DNA of 64,000 nt. It comes from a virus (taxonomy: Duplodnaviria; Caudoviricetes). Shown here one piece after another: positions 39,409 to 49,340 of this stretch (its first letter is position 1; each line of letters starts with the position of its first letter). Location: the IMG/VR virus record IMGVR_UViG_3300035208_002849, positions 32,001 through 96,000 of that record; one strand, written 5' to 3'. The position numbers were made by a program, and so were the translations under genes. Under the pieces are notes generated by a model. The model did not search any database. It saw nothing but the letters and a program-made list of their open reading frames with translations, and was not told the origin of the DNA.

Positions 39409-40651
39409 TCTTTTTCTTCCATTCTTGATATTTTTGTTCTCGATATTCAGAGAATACCTTATGATCGTATTCCATGACTTTCTCAATCAACCCATTTTCC
39501 AGCTTCATGCACACTACATTAGGACTGAAAATATTCATCTGAATTGCATCAACTTGCGTCCCGCTTACCATTTCCTGAAAAATGTCAGCGTCAATCACAA
39601 CGGTTTCTTTCGACAGCATAGCCAAGTCAGTGCGAATCGAGATACCCCAACGACCATCTAGTTGACATGATAGATCAGCTTCGCCATCACTTACATATTC
39701 GATCATCATATTGTTGATCTGAGAGGCTTTATTCAAACGATTCATCAACTTCATGGTGCCATCGATAAGCTTAGCATCAATAATCAGATACCGTGTCGAA
39801 TCAGCGATACTCAACTTCAAATCAGGACGACCCAACTCAGCTTTGTAATAGAACTGATATGCATCTGTCTTGAGTATGATACTACCATTGTCATACACGT
39901 CAATTTTCAGATCATATACGTGCCCTGTACTCACCATCTGAATGAATACCGTGATTGGTAGGAACACGCTAAAGTCATTGGGATATACTTCGTCCTCGAA
40001 TTGCTTAACTCGCATATCACTATTGAACCCATGATAAGATGCTTGGAATCGCAGCTTCCCATCACGAACCACAATATTTATCCCATCGATGCTGTTTTCA
40101 ACGTTCAATTCTTCAGTAATCATTCTGGTCATGATTGCATTCAAAGTGATCGTACCGAGCTTATTCTGATCGTCCAGTGGCTCAGTAGACAATGCACGAG
40201 TAGGGAATCCACGCTTGAGTATCTTGAAGCGAATTTCAAGTTCATCAATGTCTTTATCTGGATTCTGGAACGAGTTGAATACCAACTCGTTATCTTCTTC
40301 ATCGATCCAGAACTTCAATAGTTCATCTGGACAGTTTTCCACCGCATTATACAAATCAAATAGATTTACCGATACGGACTCAGGAAGCAATGCACCCGAA
40401 ACTTTATCAACTGGATTGAGTTCAGTCCACATTCCAGTATCATTGCTCAGTCGAATGACTTGTAGATTGCTACCATTCACTTCCTTACTGTAGCAATCAA
40501 TGTTGATGTAGTGCATATCGGCTTCGGACTCATCCTTGATGGCGGAGGCAAAATACTTTAGGTGGTTCGCAATATTGCTATATGGACTCACTACCATGAC
40601 AATCGGATTGAATCCCTGTACTTCATCTTCTGATACTTCAATTTCGTTCAT
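39401..40651 (-). CDS. Hypothetical protein (possibly clamp-like beta/alpha repeats)
   Basis: 416-aa ORF, GAGGT RBS; weak resemblance to beta-clamp segments (IDGINIV..DGKLRFQAS, FSVFLP). Confidence 0.5.
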   Translation of the reverse strand: MNEIEVSEDEVQGFNPIVMVVSPYSNIANHLKYFASAIKDESEADMHYINIDCYSKEVNGSNLQVIRLSNDTGMWTELNPVDKVSGALLPESVSVNLFDLYNAVENCPDELLKFWIDEEDNELVFNSFQNPDKDIDELEIRFKILKRGFPTRALSTEPLDDQNKLGTITLNAIMTRMITEELNVENSIDGINIVVRDGKLRFQASYHGFNSDMRVKQFEDEVYPNDFSVFLPITVFIQMVSTGHVYDLKIDVYDNGSIILKTDAYQFYYKAELGRPDLKLSIADSTRYLIIDAKLIDGTMKLMNRLNKASQINNMMIEYVSDGEADLSCQLDGRWGISIRTDLAMLSKETVVIDADIFQEMVSGTQVDAIQMNIFSPNVVCMKLENGLIEKVMEYDHKVFSEYREQKYQEWKKKND

Positions 40652-40739
40652 TTTATACCTCAATGGTATGAAATATACATATTTTGGCATAAAAAAAGGA
40701 GAGAACTTGTCTCTCCTGCTATAAAAATGTGAATGTGGA

Positions 40740-42314
40740 TTATACGTTAGGGAATTCGTTCAATTCCTCTCCACCCACTTCATTCTCGGCTTCTTTACGA
40801 GCCTCTGTATCTTCTTCCTCTTCTTCATCAATGGTAGGTTCGGCTGCAATATCAGCAAACAAACTATCAATGTCTCCTTCGTCAGAAGTGGTTTCATCAA
40901 CGAAGTCATCGAACTCACCGAGGCCACCGAATTCATCAGGCTGTTCACCGCCCATTTCTTCGAAGTCATCGAACATATCGTTGTCGAGGGTATCACTGAC
41001 ATCTTTATCGCCTCTCATCTCAGGAAGTTCAGCCTGAAGCCATGCATCAAACTGACCATCATCAAGAGAAAGTTTTTCTTCGATGCGATTCAAGTCTTCT
41101 TCCTTGAGTTCGATTTCATCAAGCGAAGGATATACTTTCAAGAACTTTTCGATGATTTCTGGATTGCTATCATTCTTGATACCAACGGAACCATTAAGGA
41201 TTTCATCGGAGGTAAGGATAACACCTTCACCGTCCTGCATCTTATCAGCAACACTCTTAGCAACAAGTTTCTGCATGGAGTCGAGTGCTGAATTCAACCA
41301 ATCGGATTTCTCACGGAATGTCATGAAATTGACATTTTCTTCCACCGATACGCCACTGTCGCCTTCTTCGGCATTTACATCCCCACCACCGAAGTCATTT
41401 CCACCACCGAGATCCAATGCACCGCCGCCGCCCATACTGGCTCCAAGGTCATTGAATTCGTCCATATTAACATCGCCAGCATCGTCAAGTGAGAAATCAG
41501 ACTCCGAGAAATTCTCATCGGCATTAACGTCACCCGCATCAAACTCTTCACCTTCACCTTCTACATCTACATCAGGAGTAGCCGTCTTATCTTTCTCTTC
41601 GTCATCCGCTTCGACCAATGCCATCAAATCTTTCATACGAGAAACAGCAGCTTCGGTAACGTTACCACCAGCTTCCCAACTAGGAGCAAATCCAGTTAAC
41701 CCACCACTCTTATTGCCAATGTAGTACTCATCATCATAGTCACCGATACCCATGCTTTCTTTTTCGTTAATCATAGAATCAATTTCCTTGAGAATAGAAG
41801 ATCCGAAATTACCGACATAGGCTTCATCTTCTAATGACAACTCATAAATTTTGTCTTCAACGCCATCTACAGTGATTTTCACTGTGATTTTATCATTTGC
41901 ATTAGGATACATCAATTCGACACGAACTTTTTCACCAGCACGTGTCAATCCAACCTTAGCATGAGTTTTATCCAGAACCAGACTACCCAAGTCCAATCTG
42001 AATGCATTGGGTGAGCTGTTTTCAAGAATAGCACTTTCAGCAAGAAATTTCTGGCTTACATTCTTAATATCACTCTGCTGAAGTTTGCAGCCATAATTAC
42101 TTTCGAACTTGATTTCTTTTTCGGGCTTAGCCAAATCCGAATTCAATTTCTTACTGGAATCATCCTTGTACTGACCTTTACCATCGGCTTTAGGCATATA
42201 GCCACCAATGTTCTTAAGGAAGTCAGTTTTTGCGAATGATTCGGTATTCTTGGGGCCATTATCTACTTTCATAGCTTTAAGGGCACCCAACATATCGTCT
42301 TTATTCATTTTCAT
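40740..42314 (-). CDS. Hypothetical highly acidic late protein (scaffold/core-like)
   Basis: Late promoter 42344-42352; D/E/G-rich. Confidence 0.7.
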   Translation of the reverse strand: MKMNKDDMLGALKAMKVDNGPKNTESFAKTDFLKNIGGYMPKADGKGQYKDDSSKKLNSDLAKPEKEIKFESNYGCKLQQSDIKNVSQKFLAESAILENSSPNAFRLDLGSLVLDKTHAKVGLTRAGEKVRVELMYPNANDKITVKITVDGVEDKIYELSLEDEAYVGNFGSSILKEIDSMINEKESMGIGDYDDEYYIGNKSGGLTGFAPSWEAGGNVTEAAVSRMKDLMALVEADDEEKDKTATPDVDVEGEGEEFDAGDVNADENFSESDFSLDDAGDVNMDEFNDLGASMGGGGALDLGGGNDFGGGDVNAEEGDSGVSVEENVNFMTFREKSDWLNSALDSMQKLVAKSVADKMQDGEGVILTSDEILNGSVGIKNDSNPEIIEKFLKVYPSLDEIELKEEDLNRIEEKLSLDDGQFDAWLQAELPEMRGDKDVSDTLDNDMFDDFEEMGGEQPDEFGGLGEFDDFVDETTSDEGDIDSLFADIAAEPTIDEEEEEDTEARKEAENEVGGEELNEFPNV

Positions 42315-42370
42315 AACAGTAACCTAAATGTAGAGTTACTATTAGTTTATAATTAACGAGTTTTCCAGCT

Positions 42371-43228
42371 TTATTCGATAATATCGTAGTTGTTCATAGT
42401 CTGAGACGTACTTTCAGTGGCTCCCAGATATACATCGATATCATCTTTACCAGCAGTGGTCAATTTTCCGAATGCTTTGAATCCAACGATATCCTTGGAT
42501 TCCATATATCGAATTTCGACTTCGAAATCGGTCTTGAAATAAGACATGAAATTGAACAATCTAGCAGGGAACAACCTAAATTTTTCAATACCATCAGATG
42601 CTAGTATCTCACTGTTGTAGATTTTGGTTTTAAGCCCATCCACTTTGCGAGTAACTTGTTGACGTTCGGTTCCTCTCATATAGTATGAAACATCATTATT
42701 CACAGTCAATCCAAAGAATTCACATCCTTTCATCAACTTGATGTCATTAGTCAACTTAGTCAGATCATCTTGAGTCACCATAAATTTCGCTACAAGTTGC
42801 ATTGGGTCAATGTCACGTGCGATTGGAACTTTCTTGTCTTTACGGGCTTCAAACTCTGTGGCTTCAGCAACAATCATTCGATACTTCGTATAATCATCAG
42901 CAAGTACAACACATGAATAATTTCGACCTTTAGTAGAAACTTCATCATTCAAATAGATCTCACCGTGTTTGGGATATTCCAATGCGGATACGTAATCCAT
43001 GAACTCACTCAACTTAGTGACACCGAATTCCTCTATATCGAAATTAGCATGTTGTTTGGTGGTGCTAATATGCACAAGTGCTCCCAAATCCATGAGAGAT
43101 ATTTTTGGCATATCATCCTTTTCATCACGATAAAATAATAGGGTCTCTTTCTTAGCACCTTTAGATACTTTCAATAGTTTCTGAAGCATCTCAACGTATT
43201 CTTTAGAGAAATTAATCGCAGTCGGCAT
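42371..43228 (-). CDS. Sliding clamp (gp45-like)
   Basis: FSKEYVEMLQKL start and EFGVTKLSEFMDYVSAL resemble gp45; 285 aa. Confidence 0.6.
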   Translation of the reverse strand: MPTAINFSKEYVEMLQKLLKVSKGAKKETLLFYRDEKDDMPKISLMDLGALVHISTTKQHANFDIEEFGVTKLSEFMDYVSALEYPKHGEIYLNDEVSTKGRNYSCVVLADDYTKYRMIVAEATEFEARKDKKVPIARDIDPMQLVAKFMVTQDDLTKLTNDIKLMKGCEFFGLTVNNDVSYYMRGTERQQVTRKVDGLKTKIYNSEILASDGIEKFRLFPARLFNFMSYFKTDFEVEIRYMESKDIVGFKAFGKLTTAGKDDIDVYLGATESTSQTMNNYDIIE

Positions 43229-43337
43229 ACAAACTCCTTAAGATGTAGATAAATATACCAAATTAATTGATTTTTTGGGAAACAAAAAACGACCTCATAT
43301 AGAGATCGTTTTATGTTTGTCAAATTACGAAGAAAAA

Positions 43338-44348
43338 TTATTTGCCTTGACGCTCAAATGCGGGTTTGTTCTCTTCTTTCACATCTTCACCAAGATATAG
43401 ATTGCGTAGAACATCAATGTTAGCTCCACCTTTCTCGAATTCAGCTAGAAGTGCTTCACGAACTTCACCTGCATTGATTTGAGGAATCTCCCCAAGACGA
43501 GGTTTATCCGATTCTTCGTGCATTTCTTTTGGTATCCAATCGTTAGTAGACCGAGCCGCAGAAACTTTAGGGAGCCACTGTTCGATTGCATAGTTTACAA
43601 CAGATTCATAATCGGTTGCAAGGTCAACATTATCATCAGTGTTATCAAAATTGCGTAAAATATAACGCATCATATCACCAACAATCAAATGGAGAGCTTT
43701 TTCACGATCATGATTATTAAGATCACCCGAATACAATTTACCTCGATCAATTTCCGAATCAATTTTATCAATGAATTCTCGAACACTGTCAATATCGAAT
43801 GTCGAAATGAATCCAGATGCACTAGAAATGATATGTTGTAAGGTTTCAGGATCTTCATTCTTGAATAGTTGTTTTAGGATATTCAAGAATTGGCCCTTAT
43901 CTTTGAAAGTGATATCGGTGCTCAACGGGGGAGGAAATTTGGCATCATTCATTGCAGCTTTGATGGATCGATATTCACTGTCATCACCACCCTCAACACC
44001 ACGCATAAAACCGAGTGCAGAATCAACACGATGATCTGGCTTGAATGTTTCCTCTGCTTTCTTTTCTTTTTCGTTAACTTGCTTAAGCTTTGCCCGAAGA
44101 TAGTTTTTGATTACATCAAGTCGATCATAGATAGGCTTAATGTCATATACATATTCAACGGCCTCGTTCATAGAAACAGTATTATCTCGGTATGTATCGA
44201 AACGAGTAACCGCTTTATTATACATTCCAAGACCATCATCCAGAGGGGAGTATACATTATTTCCAAGATGGGTGGACAGTTCACCCTGTGTGTTTTCTGA
44301 AATACCTTGTGTTAGGTCTTTGAGGTTTTCAAAATTGGTTAATTTCAT
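43338..44348 (-). CDS. Hypothetical late protein
   Basis: Late promoter 44372-44380; 336 aa. Confidence 0.7.
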   Translation of the reverse strand: MKLTNFENLKDLTQGISENTQGELSTHLGNNVYSPLDDGLGMYNKAVTRFDTYRDNTVSMNEAVEYVYDIKPIYDRLDVIKNYLRAKLKQVNEKEKKAEETFKPDHRVDSALGFMRGVEGGDDSEYRSIKAAMNDAKFPPPLSTDITFKDKGQFLNILKQLFKNEDPETLQHIISSASGFISTFDIDSVREFIDKIDSEIDRGKLYSGDLNNHDREKALHLIVGDMMRYILRNFDNTDDNVDLATDYESVVNYAIEQWLPKVSAARSTNDWIPKEMHEESDKPRLGEIPQINAGEVREALLAEFEKGGANIDVLRNLYLGEDVKEENKPAFERQGK

Positions 44349-44382
44349 AAGAGATACCCTGTATTTTCTATAGTTTATAAAA

Positions 44383-44475
44383 AAAGGAGCAATGTTGTCT
44401 AGCTATGGATTACTTCGGTCGTTAACACTTAGAACACCACTTGCCTGAGCGACATGTAAATGACATTGCTCCTTT
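44383..44475. repeat. 93-bp intergenic unit bounded by a perfect 13-bp inverted repeat
   Basis: AAAGGAGCAATGT (44383-44395) ... ACATTGCTCCTTT (44463-44475). Confidence 0.75.
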
Positions 44476-44480
44476 AGTTA

Positions 44481-45566
44481 TTAGCTGAAAATACTGATTG
44501 GTAGCATTCGCTGCCACTTTGATGTGAAATACGACTGATCGTTCAGCAAATCTTCCTCATCTCGATGTGATGTAATATTGTCATATTGCCATGACAAAGC
44601 CTTTACCTGTGCAACTAATAGCCCACGAGAAGCACATTCCATTGAGATATCTGCCATGTAATGGAAGAAACCACTTTTGCAGTTTTCTGCCATTCCGCTG
44701 AAATCAATCTGCATAAATGTCTCACCTCGAATCGCAATGAATGGACCATGCCCAATCATTACACGAGTCTTTGGACGACTGTTGTATTCAGCACCCACAA
44801 TGAAATTCCAATCGTTGTTGTACATACTACCTTGTACATAACAACCACGAAGGTTATGTGCTGGCAATCCCTCGATATCGTACCAACGCCCAGATGCACG
44901 TACTTCTTGGAATCCATATGGTGCAGCAGCGTGTGTATTCGGTCTCAGTTCTTCTAGATAACTGATAAGATTTCTATCAAGGATGATAGAAGTGTCATTA
45001 CTGATGATTATCCATTTAGGTGCATTAGCTGGATTATCACCTCGATTCTCACGGATTTTTTCTTGTATCGTAATCAGATGTTCGAATGCATTCTTTTTAC
45101 TGGTATTACCGAATCCGGGGATACCCATCAAAATACGAGGTGCGATATCGGCACCATCCTTATAGATTTCAGTGCGGTGCTGGTTAAGAACGATATGAAT
45201 AGCTCGGTCACTCTGACTTTCACCAAGGAATGAATGACTTCTACTATTGAATTTGCTCTGTTTACCTTTACGAATACCTAATTTCTTCTTGGTTTCGTTT
45301 ACAACTTTACGTTTCTTCGAAGCCTTATCCTTCATTGCCTGAGTTCTGGCATCCTTTTCAGCTTGAACTTCTTCAATGGCAGAATCAAGAGCATCACCGA
45401 GGTCTTCGTCATCAAATTCACAATCATCGAAATCACCGTCTTCTATCATTCCATCTCCTTCATAGAAGGAGTCATCTTCACCTTCGAATCCAGAAATTAG
45501 TCCGGGTTCAACGTTAACTGAACGGTTCACCAGAATCTCATCTGCTTTTTTATTTTTCTCTGCCAT
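44481..45566 (-). CDS. Protein with C-terminal GT-A-like (GT2-related) domain
   Basis: IIISNDT, GPFIAIR and GFFHYMADISMEC..RG motifs; acidic and basic N-terminus. Confidence 0.5.
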   Translation of the reverse strand: MAEKNKKADEILVNRSVNVEPGLISGFEGEDDSFYEGDGMIEDGDFDDCEFDDEDLGDALDSAIEEVQAEKDARTQAMKDKASKKRKVVNETKKKLGIRKGKQSKFNSRSHSFLGESQSDRAIHIVLNQHRTEIYKDGADIAPRILMGIPGFGNTSKKNAFEHLITIQEKIRENRGDNPANAPKWIIISNDTSIILDRNLISYLEELRPNTHAAAPYGFQEVRASGRWYDIEGLPAHNLRGCYVQGSMYNNDWNFIVGAEYNSRPKTRVMIGHGPFIAIRGETFMQIDFSGMAENCKSGFFHYMADISMECASRGLLVAQVKALSWQYDNITSHRDEEDLLNDQSYFTSKWQRMLPISIFS

Positions 45567-45573
45567 TGTTACC

Positions 45574-46827
45574 TCAAAAGTATGGTCGGATTTCTTTTTT
45601 CTTTGTGTTTGATTTCATTTGCTCATTACGCTTACGATTTTTTTCTCGTCGCATTTTCTCACGATTTCCGTAAATCATAGTAAGCAATATCATTGCACCA
45701 TCTGCTTTCCTAATATATTTTTTTAGATCATCTAAAACTACAAAACCATCAGAATCAGTACGAAATGCATCAGTAAACATAACAGCATCATTCATGTCTT
45801 TAATAACACGTTGTTTACGCTCACCATTTTCATCAATGTAATACTCAAATTCAGGTAGCGGTTTTATAGTTCTCCAGTCGAACCAATTAAACCCTAGCTT
45901 CACCGTAGTCGGCATTTCATCATATCCGGGTTCATCATTATCCCATATCACAGTTCCATTATATGCATGTTCTGCAATGTGTGGATATTCCTTTAAAAAG
46001 GATAATAGATGCTTGGTTCCACCAAATGCAACCGAATTACGAACGAACGTTGAATCGATAGATCCTTCAAAGAGGAAAAATGGTTGGTTTACATTGATGA
46101 AATCAGCATTATACAATTCACGTTCCGCACCCTCAAGATTTCTATAACGAAGATTTGACTTCGGTGCAAGATCACGAGCATCGAATTGTACCCAATTACC
46201 ACCGTAAGTATAATATGGAATAATGAGCCGATTTCCATATTCATTTCCAGTAGGATACCCACGATCATTGTATATATAATGACCATTCGCATCAAGATCG
46301 AGAAATTTTTTATCTCGTAAGCAGACGAACCATCTATGATAAACCCTTTGAGGGATTTTACGTTTGATACAATAATCACGTGCGATTTTGCATGTTGGAT
46401 GATCTTCTAATATACCTATCAGTTCACCTTTCTTAAACTGGTATACTTCTTTTCCCTTGAATGATTTTTCGGCTTGAGACAATTCCTCTTGTTTCTTACG
46501 GTACTTCGATTCTCGCTTAGCTGAATTATCGAAGGCGTGAAAAATAACTCGGCGATACACTTCTCGATGATATTCTTTGAGAAAGTGAATGAAACTCATT
46601 GAACCACACTCATTATGACATTGATATCCCCAACCTCTTTTATACATAACGAACCCACGTTTCTTATGCGGATTATCTTTCGAGTCACCACATATAGGAC
46701 AACGGAAATTATATGGGGAACCATGTTCACCACCCGATAAATTTCTATCGCCAAGGGTTTCATGGACCGCATCATGAAGGATGTAATCCGGTATGCGGTC
46801 ATAGTCAAAATCAGAATCAAAGTCCAT
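45574..46827 (-). CDS. DNA primase (gp61-like)
   Basis: NFRCPICGDS..CHNEC zinc finger, RLIIP, FEGSIDS, WDND, KDMND (TOPRIM). Confidence 0.92.
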   Translation of the reverse strand: MDFDSDFDYDRIPDYILHDAVHETLGDRNLSGGEHGSPYNFRCPICGDSKDNPHKKRGFVMYKRGWGYQCHNECGSMSFIHFLKEYHREVYRRVIFHAFDNSAKRESKYRKKQEELSQAEKSFKGKEVYQFKKGELIGILEDHPTCKIARDYCIKRKIPQRVYHRWFVCLRDKKFLDLDANGHYIYNDRGYPTGNEYGNRLIIPYYTYGGNWVQFDARDLAPKSNLRYRNLEGAERELYNADFINVNQPFFLFEGSIDSTFVRNSVAFGGTKHLLSFLKEYPHIAEHAYNGTVIWDNDEPGYDEMPTTVKLGFNWFDWRTIKPLPEFEYYIDENGERKQRVIKDMNDAVMFTDAFRTDSDGFVVLDDLKKYIRKADGAMILLTMIYGNREKMRREKNRKRNEQMKSNTKKKEIRPYF

Positions 46828-47056
46828 TACGTTTCAAATCTTTAAGTGTATCTTCCATGAACTTTAAATATACAAAAGTTCTCGTATAATCGGAAAATAA
46901 ACCATCTGATTCATGTATGTGATTCTGATAATATTGTCTACCATATCGTCGGATTCGAGATAATCCTTCAATTCGGATCAATTCTTTTGCCATTCCATCG
47001 TAGTGATCCAGCTCTGCGTTGATTGCATTCAATAGTTTTTTATTGTGTTTCATCAT
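46817..47056 (-). CDS. Small hypothetical protein
   Basis: 79-aa ORF overlapping the primase start. Confidence 0.55.
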   Translation of the reverse strand: MMKHNKKLLNAINAELDHYDGMAKELIRIEGLSRIRRYGRQYYQNHIHESDGLFSDYTRTFVYLKFMEDTLKDLKRNGL

Positions 47057-47070
47057 TTGATATAAATAAA

Positions 47071-47098
47071 AAAGGAGAGGAAAAAAATTCCTCTCCTT
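47071..47098 (-). terminator. Intrinsic terminator after the SSB gene
   Basis: AAGGAGAGGAA...TTCCTCTCCTT stem with a U-tract on the minus strand. Confidence 0.7.
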
Positions 47099-47121
47099 AG
47101 AAAATATATCATTGTTGATGA

Positions 47122-48222
47122 TTAAAATGGTAAATCGTCATCATCAGAATCGGAAATATCATCGGTGTTTGTGGCTTCTTCGAAAACCTGAGCACCAACT
47201 GAAGGAGCACCATCATTCATATCGAATGGATCTTCCTCGGCTGCATCACCAGCAACTGCATTGTTTTCTTCCTTGGCTGCGAAGTAAGAAGAAGCATTGG
47301 CAGTCTTAACCTTAGGAGGAGCTGCGTCATTACCAGTACTCGATGCACGATCAGCAACAACACCATTAACAGCAGCAGCACGTTCCTTAGCCTCAACGAG
47401 GGCGATGAATTCGTTATACTGAGCCATCAGTTCTTCAGCACTAGGAATTGCACGATAACCGCTTAGATCATGACACTGATCCAGAATACCCATAATTTCT
47501 TCAGTAGTTGCGGCCAAGTCGGTAAGACCATCTTCGTCCCAGAAAGAACCGTCATACGTAGCATAGCCAGTCTTAGGATTCTTTTCAACGATAACGATTC
47601 GATCACGACCATTGCGTGGACTATGAGGAGTGAATTTTTCCTTCGACTTTCTCAGCGAGGACTTCGCTGGCTTCTGAGTGGCATTCTTTCCGTTTTCTTC
47701 TTCAGTAGAATCACGGAGAGGTTCCATCAAATTGCCATTAACGTTGTCAGTGTGATCCCACTTAAGAACCTTTCCATTGTTTGCAGGATTGGTCAAATCT
47801 TCACGCACGAGAACGTTGATTACGTGACGGGTAGTAGGGAGACGGCTCTTAGCAAGATTCTGCAACGCTTCGCCACGTGCTCCACCTGCGTCTTTACCAG
47901 CGTTCCAAATGGCCCATGCTGCTTCACAGACAGGACAATCTTCACCAATGGTCTTACGACAGGGGACATTTTTGGAAATCTTGTGTTTCTTGTCTTTCAG
48001 ATAATGCATCTGATAAGATACGGATGCGGGGAGCTTATTCTTCACCCCATTAACACCTTGAGGGAGTAGGCGAACCTTTGCTTCGTAAGGTTCATCATTG
48101 CGACCAAGTCCGGGTTTCCACATAGTGGGATCAATTTGACGACCACCGCTGGCTTCGACCTGTGCTCTTGCATCAATTGCGGATGCTTCTTCGGTATCTA
48201 TGGTAAGAAAATCTTCTGACAT
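47122..48222 (-). CDS. Single-stranded DNA-binding protein (gp32-like)
   Basis: WKP, VRLLP, C..TIGEDCPVC, NVLV.ED..NP.NNGKV, acidic DDDDLPF tail. Confidence 0.9.
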   Translation of the reverse strand: MSEDFLTIDTEEASAIDARAQVEASGGRQIDPTMWKPGLGRNDEPYEAKVRLLPQGVNGVKNKLPASVSYQMHYLKDKKHKISKNVPCRKTIGEDCPVCEAAWAIWNAGKDAGGARGEALQNLAKSRLPTTRHVINVLVREDLTNPANNGKVLKWDHTDNVNGNLMEPLRDSTEEENGKNATQKPAKSSLRKSKEKFTPHSPRNGRDRIVIVEKNPKTGYATYDGSFWDEDGLTDLAATTEEIMGILDQCHDLSGYRAIPSAEELMAQYNEFIALVEAKERAAAVNGVVADRASSTGNDAAPPKVKTANASSYFAAKEENNAVAGDAAEEDPFDMNDGAPSVGAQVFEEATNTDDISDSDDDDLPF

Positions 48223-48376
48223 TTTGTACTCCTTGGTCTAAGCGACCTCTTTTTAGTCAATAAGTTGTTCGTTTTTTTCATGTCCTGTTTCCAAGACATA
48301 AACAAAGATACGTCATTTTTTCCGGTACGACATAACTTTTTTTTATCTTGGAATAATTTCGATATATAGGAAATTA

Positions 48377-49015
48377 TTACTCTTTGTAACCAGTAAGTTT
48401 TAATTGTTCTGGGTGTTCTCCAGCCGCTTTCTGTTGCTCGATAAGTCGCACAGTTGACGTTTCTATAATCTTAGAAACATCAATATCAGTTGTGTAATGA
48501 GCATCCCCATAATAAGACTGCATTGCCTTAGTAGCTTCTTTTTCGATCTCTTCAATAGGACGACCGAGAAGTTTGTTTGTTATATTTTCAGCAATTGTAA
48601 TATCAATGAATCTAACATCATGTTTGTCATCACCAATAAGAGCTTCGCCCAATTCTTCAGCTTCTCCACCAAACTTAGAGTTCGGATCGAATGTCTGCAA
48701 ACCGATATCATCATTATTAAGAAATGCTTCAGTCTCTTCTGGACTAAGCGTTTCATCATCATTAAGACGAACTTCTTCAGTGTATTCTTCAGGGGCAGCA
48801 GTTACATGTTTTCCAATAAACGGATTATTACTTCGATGTGCATCGAGCCATGTATTGAATGCTTTGCTTTTGACAGGAAGGTTATTTATCGACCCACCAG
48901 CATACGCAACTAGATCAACCGATCCAACATCTTCGTGTTTAAGTCGTTCTTCGTTGTATGTGTCTTGGGTTTTCTTGTCCTGTTCACTCGGTCGTATCAC
49001 TTGCTTTCTGGGCAT
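48377..49015 (-). CDS. Hypothetical protein
   Basis: 212-aa ORF with GGAGA RBS. Confidence 0.65.
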   Translation of the reverse strand: MPRKQVIRPSEQDKKTQDTYNEERLKHEDVGSVDLVAYAGGSINNLPVKSKAFNTWLDAHRSNNPFIGKHVTAAPEEYTEEVRLNDDETLSPEETEAFLNNDDIGLQTFDPNSKFGGEAEELGEALIGDDKHDVRFIDITIAENITNKLLGRPIEEIEKEATKAMQSYYGDAHYTTDIDVSKIIETSTVRLIEQQKAAGEHPEQLKLTGYKE

Positions 49016-49340
49016 TACTCTTTCTCCGTTGAGTAGGTCTTATGTGATAAGCTTCTTCCATTTCTGCTTTAACAATCTTTCTCAGTTTCGGACTAAGCAA
49101 TTGATGTACAAGTAAATCCATTTCAAAGAACTCTTGTAATGAAAGAATGATATGATACAATTTCACATCACGCTCTTTATATTTCTCATAAACCATGGTG
49201 ATTGCATAATTGAATTTTTCCACATTCTTCTTGAACTTGTGTTCGGGCATGTGTAATGTAAACGGATCAACATCATCTTCAGATCGTTTCGTCATTAGAA
49301 TGGTATTGATCTCATTTATAAAATTTAGACTAAGTGACAT
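48984..49340 (-). CDS. Late transcription co-activator gp33-like
   Basis: LLSPKLRKIVKAEMEEAYHIRP resembles the gp33 C-terminal helix; lies near gp32 as in T4. Confidence 0.45.
   Translation of the reverse strand: MSLSLNFINEINTILMTKRSEDDVDPFTLHMPEHKFKKNVEKFNYAITMVYEKYKERDVKLYHIILSLQEFFEMDLLVHQLLSPKLRKIVKAEMEEAYHIRPTQRRKSNAQKASDTTE

Noticed and set aside
40742-40752. ACGTTAGG as a second target for the omegaRNA guide
   Set aside because: Only an 8-nt match, not at the TAM-proximal end and with no ATGA; expected by chance
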